This document shows positions 46,729 through 56,979 of a stretch of DNA of 64,000 bases, piece after piece. A program made the position numbers and the translations under genes. The notes beneath the pieces were generated by a model. That model worked only from the letters and a program-made list of their open reading frames with translations, ran no database searches and had not been told where the DNA came from. Source of the DNA: Bdellovibrionia bacterium (GTDB taxonomy: Bacteria; Bdellovibrionota; UBA1018); the NCBI GenBank assembly GCA_040399745.1, contig JBBARP010000005.1:118048-182047 (forward strand). Direction: 5' to 3'. Position 1 is the stretch's first letter; each line of letters begins with the position of its first letter.

Positions 46729-47400
46729 TCACGCCGCGCTCACTCGGTTTCGACCTCCCTCTTTCGCTGCGTAAAGCGCTTCGTCGGCTTGGCGAATCAG
46801 CTCTTGGGCATCCAGAGTTCGTTGAGCCACGGACGATGCCGTACCGATACTGACCGTGCAGCGCCATTCCTTCGGGCTTGCCTGCGAATCGGCTTTCACC
46901 GCCGGACCATGCAGAGTTTCTACGGTTCGGCGAATTTGCTGAGCAAGACTCAGAAGCTCGGCCTCGGTCCCTTCGGCAACGAGAGCAAACTCTTCTCCGC
47001 CCAGGCGCGCAGCGAGTGCCTTCGGTGTTTCGGCCTCATACTTCTGCAACACCTCCGCCACCGCGCAAATCACAGCGTCGCCGGTGGCGTGCCCCATTGT
47101 ATCGTTCACCCGTTTAAAGTGATCGATATCGATCAGCAGGACTCCGCACTCGCGTCCTGCCTGCTCACACTCGCGAAGCAGAGATTCCCACTTAGAGAAA
47201 AACGCATTTCTTCGCAACAGGCCCGTCAGGTCATCGCGCTGAGAACTGCTTTCAAGCCGCCCCAGAAGTTCGAGAATTTTCGCGTAACTTTGCCCCAGGC
47301 TTTCCACATCGCCATGAAGTTCGGTGAGGAGTCCCTGAATTCCGAGGAGTCGCTGATTCGTGTCCATACGCCCTGAATCAAAGCAGGAGCTATGCCGCAC
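46729..47400 (-). CDS. GGDEF-domain diguanylate cyclase
   Basis: GGEEF active site (RLGGEEFALV) and an N-terminal coiled coil. Confidence 0.8.
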   Translation of the reverse strand: MRHSSCFDSGRMDTNQRLLGIQGLLTELHGDVESLGQSYAKILELLGRLESSSQRDDLTGLLRRNAFFSKWESLLRECEQAGRECGVLLIDIDHFKRVNDTMGHATGDAVICAVAEVLQKYEAETPKALAARLGGEEFALVAEGTEAELLSLAQQIRRTVETLHGPAVKADSQASPKEWRCTVSIGTASSVAQRTLDAQELIRQADEALYAAKEGGRNRVSAA

Positions 47401-47466
47401 GAAAAGCGCCGCAATTTCAGGGCTGGCAAGCTCGGCGCTTCAGGGAAAACCTGTGTCCAGGTCGAC

Positions 47467-48282
47467 CTACTGCCGCGATGGGGACGCAGAAGAGGGCGAT
47501 CCTTTACCTTCTCCCAGTCCCCGAAAGATCAGAGGATAGGTCAATAACGTCGCCCCCTCACGGGCCGAAGCTGGAAAAACCGAACTTCTCATCGCCCGGG
47601 TGACGCAAGTACCGATTCGATCCCACCCCTTGGGCACACCGAGGGCTTCGGCTGAGTCGACTCTGCCTGAAGCGGAAATGAGAAGCTTCAGGTTCATCCG
47701 AAAGGAAGGCGGCCTTTTTTTAGCCGACTGAACTGCGTCCTCGTAACAAGACCTGAACTGTTGCCGCTGAGCGACGATGACTTTTTCAATAGCGGCAGCA
47801 TCCTCAGGAGAAACCTTCTCCGAAGAACTGAACTGAGGCGCTGCTACTGGGGTAGATACTGGCGCAGACTTTCCCGGAGTCAACTCATACGAGAAACTCC
47901 AGACCAGCCGGTTTCGGTGATACTCCTCGAGAGGGGAAAAACGCAGGGTGTTCAGTACTTCCAGGAAGCAATCGTCCAGGCCTGGAATTTGAGCCGTCTT
48001 ATCCAGGATCTTCACTTCCGCTAACTTGCCGCTATCAAAAACCTCGAACTGCGCACGCGTCGAATACTTCCCTTGGAAGTTGTTCTTTTCTGCGATCGAA
48101 AAAAAGCACTGCTTCATGGCAGGCCGAATTTCGGCGAACTTGGCGTCCATCTCTTCCTGAGTCACGAGCTTGGGCCTTGTTTCCCAGGTCGCAGCGCAAC
48201 CCGAACCCAAGAAAACCAAGCCAACCCCAACTAAAATTCGAAACAGCATGGGCAGGGCGAGTATCACACCCGCCCCACTCAA
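47467..48282 (-). CDS. Lipoprotein with two internally duplicated Cys-containing domains
   Basis: Lipobox LVFLGSGC. The two halves share the pattern C...F...G....V....DD/GW..C...L..F/VFP. Confidence 0.45.
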   Translation of the reverse strand: MSGAGVILALPMLFRILVGVGLVFLGSGCAATWETRPKLVTQEEMDAKFAEIRPAMKQCFFSIAEKNNFQGKYSTRAQFEVFDSGKLAEVKILDKTAQIPGLDDCFLEVLNTLRFSPLEEYHRNRLVWSFSYELTPGKSAPVSTPVAAPQFSSSEKVSPEDAAAIEKVIVAQRQQFRSCYEDAVQSAKKRPPSFRMNLKLLISASGRVDSAEALGVPKGWDRIGTCVTRAMRSSVFPASAREGATLLTYPLIFRGLGEGKGSPSSASPSRQ

Positions 48283-48294
48283 GCCAATTCCCGA

Positions 48295-49833
48295 TCACGC
48301 AGCCCGGCTGGCTGCAACCAACGGAGCCCGGTCCGAAGTCCGGAATTCGGCTGCTTTCAGGCCATGGCGACGCAGGAGTCGCAGGAAGTTCGAACGATCG
48401 AGCTTCGCTTCGCGAGCTGCCGACGACACGTTCCCGCCATGGCGGCGCAGAATGGCGCGCAAGTACTCTTTCTCAAACGAAAGAGACCAGCGCTTCTTCA
48501 GGCCCATGTACCCATCGGACATCTCCTGATCGTTCGCTTTCTCGTCCGACTGAGAGTAACTGGGCACACTGGCCGCAATCACACTCCCCCCGTTCAAGCT
48601 GCGAGTCGGAGCGGGTGCCAAACCGAGTTCCGCAACACCCACCGGACCCGTCCCTTGATGGGTCAAGGCGCAGCGTTCGACCACATTCAAAAGCTCGCGC
48701 ACGTTTCCTGGCCAAGCGTATCCGGTCAGCGACTGCTCTGCTTCCTGAGTGAAACCCGCAAAGGATTTTGATCGAGCCCGGAAGGCACGTTCTGCAAAGC
48801 TTCGAGCCATCGGCAGAACGTCCGATGAACGCTGAGACAGCGCAGGGATGTCCATCACTACTCGCGCCAAACGATGAAACAGGTCCTCGCGGAAGTTTCC
48901 TGATTTCACTTGGGCGTCCAGATTGCGGTTCGTCGCCGCTACGATCCGAACATCGGCGTGAAGGTCTGCAGTCCCACCCACGCGACGGAAAGTCTTTTCC
49001 TGCAACACACGAAGAAGCTTCGCTTGAAGCTTCACGTCCATTTCGCCCACTTCATCCAAGAAAAGAGTCCCGCCATGAGCCAGCTCGAACAAGCCGCGCT
49101 TCATTTGATTGGCTCCGGTGAAGGCGCCCTTCTCGTAACCAAAGAGCTCGCTCTCCAGGAGTTGATCCGTGAAGTTCGCGCAGTTCACAGCCACCCAAGG
49201 GCCCTTGCCTCGGCGCGAATAGGAATGCACGCGACGAGCCACCCCTTCCTTACCAGTACCGCTGTCGCCTTGAATCAAGACGGTAGGCTCTTCTGCATCT
49301 GCGCGCATCGATTCGCGGCGCAAAATGGCGAGCCATTCATTCACTTTGGACATCGAAGCGTCGCCCGACTCAAACCAGGACTCGCCCTCGAATTTGCCTT
49401 CCACCCGCTCCACACGCGCTTCCAGACGCGACATCAAATCCGTGTTCTCGCGCTCGAGCATGAATTCGCGCACGCAGCGAGAAACCGAGTGAAACAACTG
49501 ATCCAGATCAAACGGCTTCTCCAAGTAGTCGGCGGCACCATGGCGAAGGGCTTTGATGGCCACTTCTTTTTCACCATGGCCAGTGATCATCACCACACGC
49601 ACATGCTTGGCGTGACCATGCACCCAGTTCATCAGCGAGAAGCCGTCTTTTCCAGGCATTTTCAAGTCGGTGACCACACAACCCACTTCGCTGCCTTTTT
49701 GGAACACGGTCTGGGCTTCCTCGCAGTTAGCGGCGACGCTCACTTCATAACCCTCACGCTCCAGCCGGCCCTTCACGAGCTTGCGGATCGAATCTTCGTC
49801 ATCCACCACTAGGATCCTGGGTTTCGTGTTCAT
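48295..49833 (-). CDS. Sigma-54-dependent response regulator (NtrC family): receiver, AAA+, and Fis-type HTH
   Basis: Receiver ILVVDDE...D, AAA+ GDSGTGKE, GAFTGA motif (EKGAFTGA), and a C-terminal HTH. Confidence 0.85.
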   Translation of the reverse strand: MNTKPRILVVDDEDSIRKLVKGRLEREGYEVSVAANCEEAQTVFQKGSEVGCVVTDLKMPGKDGFSLMNWVHGHAKHVRVVMITGHGEKEVAIKALRHGAADYLEKPFDLDQLFHSVSRCVREFMLERENTDLMSRLEARVERVEGKFEGESWFESGDASMSKVNEWLAILRRESMRADAEEPTVLIQGDSGTGKEGVARRVHSYSRRGKGPWVAVNCANFTDQLLESELFGYEKGAFTGANQMKRGLFELAHGGTLFLDEVGEMDVKLQAKLLRVLQEKTFRRVGGTADLHADVRIVAATNRNLDAQVKSGNFREDLFHRLARVVMDIPALSQRSSDVLPMARSFAERAFRARSKSFAGFTQEAEQSLTGYAWPGNVRELLNVVERCALTHQGTGPVGVAELGLAPAPTRSLNGGSVIAASVPSYSQSDEKANDQEMSDGYMGLKKRWSLSFEKEYLRAILRRHGGNVSSAAREAKLDRSNFLRLLRRHGLKAAEFRTSDRAPLVAASRAA

Positions 49834-49865
49834 TCTTTTTCCTCTCTTCCTTGGGTCAGTTCCGT

Positions 49866-51119
49866 TCAAAGTTCCCGATAATCCCGAGGCAAACGCACCG
49901 TAAAGCAGGTGCCTTTGCCTAATTCTGATTCCACTAAAATCGATCCTTGAAGCCGGGTGATGATGCCGTAACTCAGGCTCAAACCTAGCCCCATCCCCTT
50001 CCCCACCTCTTTCGTGGTGAAGAACGGGTTGAAGGCTTTTTGTCGCGTCTTCTCAGGCATCCCGCAGCCGTCATCCCGGAAGCGAATTTCAACGAAGTCA
50101 CCCACGCTCTGGGTTTCGACTTCAATTTTTCCGCTCCCACGCCCCGTCAACTCGATTGCGTCGCGCGCGTTGGTGCCCAAGTTGATGAACACTTGCTCAA
50201 GCTGCACGGGATTGGCGAAAACCTTGGTAAGGCTGGGCTGATAATGACGGGCTAGCTGAATGCCTCGCGCCTGAAGCTGGCGCTCGAGCATCTTAAAAGA
50301 CTCTTCCAAGACTTGGTTCACATCGACCCAGTCTTGTCCTTCCACCGACTTGCGCACATGGCCGCGCAGGTAGTCGATGATGGACCGCATCTTGTCGACG
50401 CCCGTGACGATCTCCTTCAGGTGTCCTGCGCGCGTTTCAGAATCGGCATCAGGGATCGACTGTAGTTCCTGCGCAAATCCGCGAATGACCTGGAGCGGTT
50501 GATTGAGCTCGTGGGCAATCCCCGTCGCGAGCTCCCCAAGCGCGGTCATTTTACCGGCCTGAACCAGCGTCTCTTGAAGGGCCTGCATTTCGGCGCTCTT
50601 CTTTTCTAACTGCAAATAGGCGTTCAAAAGTTCTGAGTGCTTCGTCAAAAGTTCTCGCTCTAAGCGCTTTTTCTCGCTCACATCGCGCAAAAGCAAAAGC
50701 ACGGTCGGTCCGTCTGACTGCGCTTGGACATGGCGAACACTGGCTTCGACGAGTCGCGGGTATCCGTCTTTACGAAGAAGTGCGACGTCCTCGACGGTTC
50801 CCGGAGCCCTGAGAAGCTCGGCGCTCATCGGGCGCGCCCGCTGCAGGTTCATCGCCTGCCCCGGTAGAGGCCGCAGCTTCTGAACCGACTGGCCCACTAG
50901 CTCGCTTTTCAGAAATCCTGTGAGCTCTTCTGCAGCGTGATTCAGGTCTTCGACTCTTCCTTCACCGTCGACCAGAAGAATGGCATCCGAGGCTTGATCA
51001 AAGAGGGCCTGATATTTCCCCGACTCACTGGAGGTAACAGCGCCCAAACAGGCCGCCATTTCAGCGCCAAATCGAGCCGGACTCACCGGTGCAATCGAGC
51101 GGCGCTTAGCGGTAGGCAC
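49866..51119 (-). CDS. PAS-domain sensor histidine kinase
   Basis: A PAS region, H-box GIAHELNQPL, and HATPase N/G boxes (NARDA...DDGCGM...GMGLGLS). It overlaps the downstream regulator by 4 nt. Confidence 0.8.
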   Translation of the reverse strand: MPTAKRRSIAPVSPARFGAEMAACLGAVTSSESGKYQALFDQASDAILLVDGEGRVEDLNHAAEELTGFLKSELVGQSVQKLRPLPGQAMNLQRARPMSAELLRAPGTVEDVALLRKDGYPRLVEASVRHVQAQSDGPTVLLLLRDVSEKKRLERELLTKHSELLNAYLQLEKKSAEMQALQETLVQAGKMTALGELATGIAHELNQPLQVIRGFAQELQSIPDADSETRAGHLKEIVTGVDKMRSIIDYLRGHVRKSVEGQDWVDVNQVLEESFKMLERQLQARGIQLARHYQPSLTKVFANPVQLEQVFINLGTNARDAIELTGRGSGKIEVETQSVGDFVEIRFRDDGCGMPEKTRQKAFNPFFTTKEVGKGMGLGLSLSYGIITRLQGSILVESELGKGTCFTVRLPRDYREL

Positions 51120-52005
51120 TGAGAAACGCCCCCGCTTTTTCCATATTGCCTGCTAGGTCTTTTTCGACTTCCTGCAAGGCCACCGCGTCCAACTTGAACG
51201 GAGCCAAAAGTTCCAGGCTCAACCCGCCGTCCGAATAATCACCCGATTGCCCCAGGCGATTCTTCACACACAGGGAATTCGCCAGTCGAACCAGCTGAAT
51301 CATGGGCTTGGCCGAACTCAGCACGGAGCCTAACTTTGAAACATCTTGATGGTGGTAATGAATGGCCAGTCGAATGACTTGAGGAAGCCCCCACTGCGTG
51401 GCCATCGCCTCTCCCAGAAATGCATGTCCGGGGAGATCCCACTCTTTTTCCACTTCCGTGAAAGAGCATTGCCGCTTTTTTGTCTCCATCAGGATCTGAC
51501 GGAAACGGGCCGGATCAATTTGATGAAGAACGAGTTTTCCGATGTCGTGAAGAAGGCCACAAGTGAAAGCCTCTTCCGGCTTAATGCCAAGCGGAAGCTT
51601 ACGGGCCAGCGTTTCCGAACAAACAGCCACCGCTAACGTGTGCTTCCAAAACTCAGGGAGCGAGAAAACTTCATCCCCTTCGCGAGTGAAAAGCGAAAAG
51701 ACTGAAATACCTAAGACCAGCTGGGCCACCGTGTTGAAGCCCAAGAACGCCAAAGCGCGCTGTACATCCGTGACGCCGCCCGGAATGGCGTAATAAGACG
51801 AATTCGCCAGACGAAGGATCTTAGCCGTCAAAGCTTGATCCCGGCGCAGGACTTCAGCCACTTGAGCGCTGGTGGAATTGGGATCGTTGATGAGCTCGTT
51901 CACCCGCACGGCCACGATGGGCAATGTGGGAATCTCCTGAAGCTTTTGTAAAAGCTCCTGGTACTGGGCGTTAGTCTTGGCTTGAGCCGACGCTGCAACG
52001 GTCAT
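51106..52005 (-). CDS. HDOD-domain signalling protein
   Basis: HD-related output domain with LLHDIGKLVL. It overlaps the kinase gene start. Confidence 0.7.
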   Translation of the reverse strand: MTVAASAQAKTNAQYQELLQKLQEIPTLPIVAVRVNELINDPNSTSAQVAEVLRRDQALTAKILRLANSSYYAIPGGVTDVQRALAFLGFNTVAQLVLGISVFSLFTREGDEVFSLPEFWKHTLAVAVCSETLARKLPLGIKPEEAFTCGLLHDIGKLVLHQIDPARFRQILMETKKRQCSFTEVEKEWDLPGHAFLGEAMATQWGLPQVIRLAIHYHHQDVSKLGSVLSSAKPMIQLVRLANSLCVKNRLGQSGDYSDGGLSLELLAPFKLDAVALQEVEKDLAGNMEKAGAFLSAYR

Positions 52006-52099
52006 CCGCCTGGGCGCTCCTCTTCAAGGTCTCTTCGGACACCCCCCGAAAATTCCTGAGAGAAAGCGAGTCAGTTTGGACCCAGCCGAAAGCCGGGGC

Positions 52100-52558
52100 T
52101 TAATCCTTCTTTTTCAAAGGCTTCCAGCGCACCGCAATACCCGTGGCTGCGACTTGGCCTTCATCGCCCTCGTCCACGCACTCGGCACGCGGATAGGTTT
52201 CCGTTCGCCCGTTCGCCAAAAAAACGACGCTCTTCACATCCACGACGCCGTTTCCGCCAGCCTTTTGGGCTCGCTTCAACAGGTCCTGAGCTGCCTTGTT
52301 GAAGTAGTTCTTACAGAGCTTTCGGTCGTCGTGCTCGGCCGTGAGCGTCGGGTAGTCCACTTTCGTGCGCACTTGCCCAAGCACTTCGTATTCTCGCTCG
52401 GCCGGCGGCGAGCCCAAATAAACATCCTGGGGCCACTCAAAGCGCTTCAAATCCGCTTGAGGCAAAGAAGCACACCCGGCTAGGCCGAGCACGCAGGCCG
52501 CGACCGCCCCGAAACGAGCGATCGCGCTGCCCTGCCGAGCGAAGCGCTGCGTGTTCAC
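52100..52558 (-). CDS. Putative lipoprotein
   Basis: Lipobox AACVLGLAGCASL. The start is uncertain because no ATG precedes the signal, so I used a GTG. I recognise no family. Confidence 0.35.
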   Translation of the reverse strand: MNTQRFARQGSAIARFGAVAACVLGLAGCASLPQADLKRFEWPQDVYLGSPPAEREYEVLGQVRTKVDYPTLTAEHDDRKLCKNYFNKAAQDLLKRAQKAGGNGVVDVKSVVFLANGRTETYPRAECVDEGDEGQVAATGIAVRWKPLKKKD

Positions 52559-52559
52559 C

Positions 52560-53741
52560 TCAGGGCTCGATGTACTCGTAGAAGTCGCCCTTGTAGTTAC
52601 GAAGTTTCCAGGTCTTGCCCTCACGGCCCACCAGGTAATAGTCCAAAGGCAGAAGCGGAATCTTCCCACCGCCGCCCGGTGCGTCCACGACGAAGTGAGG
52701 AACGGCCATACCCGAAGTCCAGCCGCGCAGCTTCTTGATGATCTCGAGGCCCGTTTCGATGGGGGTACGGAAGTGGCTGATGCCTTGGGATTGGTCGCAC
52801 TGGAAAATGTAATACGGGCGAACGCGCATCATCAGAAGCTTGTGATTCAGCTCCTTCACGATCTCGGCTTTGTCGTTGATGCCCTTCAAAAGCACCATCT
52901 GGTTATTGATGATGCAACCTGCGTCGGCCAAGCGCGCGCACGCATCGAAGGCTTCTTTCGTGCACTCTTTCGGATGGTTGAAGTGAGTGTGAATGAACAC
53001 CGGGTGGTACTTGCGCAGCATCTGCACGAAGGAATCGGTGATTCGCTGAGGCAAGGTGACCAAGTTCCGCGTACCAAGACGAAACACTTCAATGTGGTCC
53101 ATCGAGCGCAGACGCGAAAGGATGTACTCGAGGCGCTCGTCCGAGTTCGAGAGCGGATCGCCGCCTGAAATGACGACGTCGCGGATTTCTTTATGCTCCT
53201 CGATGTACTTCAGCCCCGCTTCCAGCTGCGCCGTTTGAGCGGCCGAGGACGGGTCGGAAACCTTGCGCTTGCGAGTGCAATGGCGGCAATACACTGGGCA
53301 ATTGTGGGTGGTGTAGAACAGCACGCGATCGGGATAACGGTGCGTGACGCCCGGAACCGGCATATTGGCTTCTTCACCCAAGGGATCTTCCATCTCAGAA
53401 GGATGGATGAAGAGCTCGCCTTTGTTCGGAACGGATTGCAGGCGAATGGGGCAGTTCGGATCGTCCTTATCAATCAACGAGGCATAATAAGGAGTGATGC
53501 CCATGTTGAACATTTCATGGGACTGAGCAAACGCATTGCGCTCTTCTTCGGTGACGTTGATCACCTTCTCGAGCTGGTCCATGGATTTGATGCGCTTTTG
53601 CTGCTGCCAAATCCAGTTGTTCCAGTCGCGATCCGGAGCTTCCTTCCAGATATCGGGGCGTTCCGCATTCAGGAAGCGGTCGCGGACGGTGTTCTTGGTG
53701 ATAATCTCGAGCGCCATGGGAAATTCTCCGTGTAACTCCAT
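52560..53741 (-). CDS. KamA-family radical SAM aminomutase (lysine 2,3-aminomutase-like)
   Basis: The CxxxCxxC cluster motif CPVYCRHCTRKRK and the KamA N-terminal pattern (DWNNWIWQQQKRI...EKVINVTEEE). It is ~390-440 aa, larger than EpmB. Confidence 0.75.
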   Translation of the reverse strand: MELHGEFPMALEIITKNTVRDRFLNAERPDIWKEAPDRDWNNWIWQQQKRIKSMDQLEKVINVTEEERNAFAQSHEMFNMGITPYYASLIDKDDPNCPIRLQSVPNKGELFIHPSEMEDPLGEEANMPVPGVTHRYPDRVLFYTTHNCPVYCRHCTRKRKVSDPSSAAQTAQLEAGLKYIEEHKEIRDVVISGGDPLSNSDERLEYILSRLRSMDHIEVFRLGTRNLVTLPQRITDSFVQMLRKYHPVFIHTHFNHPKECTKEAFDACARLADAGCIINNQMVLLKGINDKAEIVKELNHKLLMMRVRPYYIFQCDQSQGISHFRTPIETGLEIIKKLRGWTSGMAVPHFVVDAPGGGGKIPLLPLDYYLVGREGKTWKLRNYKGDFYEYIEP

Positions 53742-53812
53742 GCTGCCAGAATTGGCGGTCAGAGTAAATCGAGGGGCTTTCCAGGTCCGCAGGTCCCCGG
53801 TACCCTTAGGGC

Positions 53813-54490
53813 ATGGTCTCTCAACTATTTTTGGGAATGTCTCTGGTCGGCGCGGAGTGGGTCCTATGGTTCTTGGTAGCCACATCTATTGTTTCGGTCG
53901 CAGTCATCGTCGAAAGGGTGCGTTTTGTACGCGACGCCACTCGCGGTTTAGTCGATTTTCGACAGGCCCTTCGATCTGAAGCCGAAAAAGGACGCTGGGA
54001 AGAGGCAAAGACACTCGCTCTCGGGCGACTGCAAGCTACTGACTCAAAAGGTCAATCCCCTCACAGCCAAGCGCCCGACCTCGAAACGGGTCTGGCTTTC
54101 GCGCTCTTGAGCCGAAAAACCCAAGGCCTGAGCCTGGACCCCGGAGTTTTGAACGAACTTTCGCGCGATCAGGTCGTTCGGGCGCGCCTTCGCTGGGAAC
54201 ACAACCTTTCCACTTTGGCGACCATCGGCTCGAACGCCCCCTTTGTCGGACTGTTTGGGACGGTTTTAGGCATCATTCAGGCCTTCCACGACCTTTCCAC
54301 TCAAGGGGCCGCAGGCTCGAGTGCCCAGGTCACCGCAGGGATGGCCGAGGCCCTCGTGGCAACCGCCGTGGGCATTTTTGTCGCGATCCCGGCTGTGGTC
54401 GCTTTTAACCTTTTGACCCGCCGGGTGAAGCGGGCCGTTGCCGAAGCAGAGGCCCTGAAGAGCTTCCTGGTCGGAAAGCTGGCGGGCTAA
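53813..54490 (+). CDS. exbB: MotA/TolQ/ExbB-family proton channel
   Basis: 3 TM segments with the conserved GLFGTVLGII and AEALVATAVGI motifs. Confidence 0.75.
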   Translation: MVSQLFLGMSLVGAEWVLWFLVATSIVSVAVIVERVRFVRDATRGLVDFRQALRSEAEKGRWEEAKTLALGRLQATDSKGQSPHSQAPDLETGLAFALLSRKTQGLSLDPGVLNELSRDQVVRARLRWEHNLSTLATIGSNAPFVGLFGTVLGIIQAFHDLSTQGAAGSSAQVTAGMAEALVATAVGIFVAIPAVVAFNLLTRRVKRAVAEAEALKSFLVGKLAG

Positions 54491-54494
54491 GCGC

Positions 54495-55001
54495 GTGGCG
54501 GGCGATTTCGGCGGCTCAGACGAGGAACTGTTCTCAGGAATCAACGTCACGCCACTCGTGGACGTCGTTCTAGTCCTTTTGGTGATTTTCTTGATGACCG
54601 CTCCGGTCATCTACCAGTCCGCTTTGAAAGTGCAGCTCCCGAAAGCCCTCACCGGCGAAAACCAGGAGAAGTCTCCGCTTCGATTTACTTTATCCCGCGA
54701 CGGACAACTGGCCTGGGGCGAGGAAGCTGTTTCCTGGGAAGAGTTACCTGCTCGATTGAAAGCGCTCGGCCCCGCAGCAAGCCAGGAATCTGCCACTCTT
54801 TCGGCCGATCAAGCCACTCCGCACGGAACGGTGGTTCGCTTGATGGACTTGCTTCGCCAGGCAGGAATTACGCGTTTCGGCCTGAACGTCGATGGAGCGC
54901 CCGGAGTCGCATCGCCCACTTCACCTGGCCTCGGCGCAAAAGCCACTCAGACAAAGGCTGAGCCAGTTTCCGCCGAAAAAAGGTCCACGCCAGGTAACTA
55001 G
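54495..55001 (+). CDS. exbD: ExbD/TolR-family biopolymer transport protein
   Basis: Single TM INVTPLVDVVLVLLVIFLMTAP and a periplasmic domain with a Pro/Ala-rich tail. Confidence 0.75.
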   Translation: MAGDFGGSDEELFSGINVTPLVDVVLVLLVIFLMTAPVIYQSALKVQLPKALTGENQEKSPLRFTLSRDGQLAWGEEAVSWEELPARLKALGPAASQESATLSADQATPHGTVVRLMDLLRQAGITRFGLNVDGAPGVASPTSPGLGAKATQTKAEPVSAEKRSTPGN

Positions 55002-55044
55002 CGCTCCACCCAACTAGGGCAAACGCGATGGCCTCCTGCACGGA

Positions 55045-56979
55045 CTAGTTCCACCCCAGCGCCAAGACGCCCCGGTAAACCAGGAAGGCAAACGCGTAGG
55101 CCAGCGCTGTTAGATAAAGCAGCATGAAAGCCGGCCAACGCCAGCTGTTCGTCTCGCGTTTGGCCACGGCCAGCGTGGACAAGCACTGGAGCGCCACCAC
55201 GTACCAAGCAAGAAGACTCGCTGCTGTCGCGAGCGACCACTGACCCCTCAGCACCGGGCCCAGCTCGGCCTGCACCACTTCTTCATCTGCGCCTTCGCGA
55301 GCCTCGACCGAGTAAACCGTCGCAAGAGCACTGACCATCACTTCGCGAGCCGCAAAACCAGGAATCAAAGCCACCCCGACGCGCCAATCAAAGCCAATGG
55401 GGCGAATCAGGGGCTCGATCGCATGACCGATTTTTCCAGCGTAGCTGTGGTCAATAGGCGCTCCGACTGAGCCTTCCGGAGCTTTGGGATAACTCGACAA
55501 GAACCAAACCAGGACCGTGAGCGCGAGGATGACCGTCCCTGCGCGACGAATGAAAACTTTAGCTCGTTCGAGAAGGCCAAAGCCCAAGTTCATGAAGCTT
55601 GGCCACTTGTAAGTGGGAAGCTCCAAAATCAAGGACGGGCGTGGCCCTTGAAGTACGGTCCGGCGAAACACTGCCGCCAAAAGAAGAGCTAAGAACAGAC
55701 CCGAGGCATACAGCCCCAGCATCACCGCTGCTTGTAAGCTCAGCGGGCCGACCGAGCGGTCGGCGGGAATGAAAGCGGCGATTAGGAGCGTATAAACCGG
55801 AAGGCGCGCTGAACACGTGGTCAGCGGTGCTACCAAAATGGTGACCAACCGGTCGCGACGATTCTCGATCGTTCGGGTGGCCATGATTCCAGGAATCGCG
55901 CAGGCATAGGATGAAAGGAGCGGAATGAAGGATCGTCCGTTCAAGCCCACTTTGCCCATCAAGCGATCCATCAGGAACGCTGCGCGGGCCATGTACCCGG
56001 AGTCTTCCAGGGCCAAGATGAACGCAAAAAGAAGAAGGATCTGCGGCAGGAACACGAGAACGCCGCCCACGCCAGCTAGCACGCCGTCGACTAAGAGGCT
56101 TTTCAGAGGCCCATCCGTCATCAAACTTCCCACGAAACCAGAAACGTCACCGACTCGCGCTTCAATCCAGTCGGCAGGGACCGAAGCCCAAGTGAAGAGG
56201 GCCTGAAACATCAGGCTGACCACGGCCAGGAAAATCAAGCTTCCCCAAATCGGATGAAGCACCAATCGATCCAAGCGATCGGTCCACGGAGTCGGCGCAA
56301 TGGCGCGCTTCACACACTTCGAGAGAATGCGATCGACTTCACCAAAGCGAGCGCGCACCTGCTCGGCTGAAGACTTCTCCCAGCTTTGAGCCGTACGCGA
56401 AGGCGGAGCTCGGTCCACCCCCTCCAAAGCCGACTCGAGCTGCGCAAGCAAGTCGCGCGTGCCCTGGCGCGCAGTCGCCACGGTTGCAACCACTGGCACG
56501 CCGAGTTCTTGAGAAAGGATACCGAGGTCGAGTTCCTGGCCCCGCGCACGAGCCAGATCCATCATGTTCAGCGCCAGAACCATCGGAATGCCCAAGTTCT
56601 TGAGTTCAAGAACCAAGGCAAGGCCGCGTTCCAAATTCGTGGCGTCAGCTACCGCCACCAAAAGATGAGGCTGAAGCTCAAGGGCGACCCGCCCAAGGAC
56701 CACATCGCGCGCGACTTCTTCGTCCAGTGTGCGGGCGTCCAAACTGTAAGTTCCCGGAAGGTCGAGCACGCGAATATCGCGCCCCCGACTGCCTCGCACG
56801 AGACCTTCCTTCCGCTCGACCGTCACGCCCGAGTAGTTCCCGACTTTTTGGCGTGAGCCAGTGAGCGCGTTAAAGATCGCGGTTTTTCCACAGTTCGGGC
56901 TCCCCACGAGGGCCATCAGCGAGGCTTCCACGGAGCCTTGAACCGACGAAGTAGAATGACAATCGACTGAAGTTTTCAC
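55045..56979 (-). CDS. feoB: Ferrous iron transporter FeoB (G-protein domain plus permease)
   Basis: GTPase G1 GSPNCGKT, G3 DLPG, G4 NMMD. The membrane domain carries gate motifs. Confidence 0.9.
   Translation of the reverse strand: MKTSVDCHSTSSVQGSVEASLMALVGSPNCGKTAIFNALTGSRQKVGNYSGVTVERKEGLVRGSRGRDIRVLDLPGTYSLDARTLDEEVARDVVLGRVALELQPHLLVAVADATNLERGLALVLELKNLGIPMVLALNMMDLARARGQELDLGILSQELGVPVVATVATARQGTRDLLAQLESALEGVDRAPPSRTAQSWEKSSAEQVRARFGEVDRILSKCVKRAIAPTPWTDRLDRLVLHPIWGSLIFLAVVSLMFQALFTWASVPADWIEARVGDVSGFVGSLMTDGPLKSLLVDGVLAGVGGVLVFLPQILLLFAFILALEDSGYMARAAFLMDRLMGKVGLNGRSFIPLLSSYACAIPGIMATRTIENRRDRLVTILVAPLTTCSARLPVYTLLIAAFIPADRSVGPLSLQAAVMLGLYASGLFLALLLAAVFRRTVLQGPRPSLILELPTYKWPSFMNLGFGLLERAKVFIRRAGTVILALTVLVWFLSSYPKAPEGSVGAPIDHSYAGKIGHAIEPLIRPIGFDWRVGVALIPGFAAREVMVSALATVYSVEAREGADEEVVQAELGPVLRGQWSLATAASLLAWYVVALQCLSTLAVAKRETNSWRWPAFMLLYLTALAYAFAFLVYRGVLALGWN

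Noticed and set aside
52551-53735. Several plus-strand ORFs (205 aa, 180 aa) antisense to the KamA-like gene
   Set aside because: The radical-SAM gene on the minus strand explains the region, and the antisense ORFs show no domain signal.
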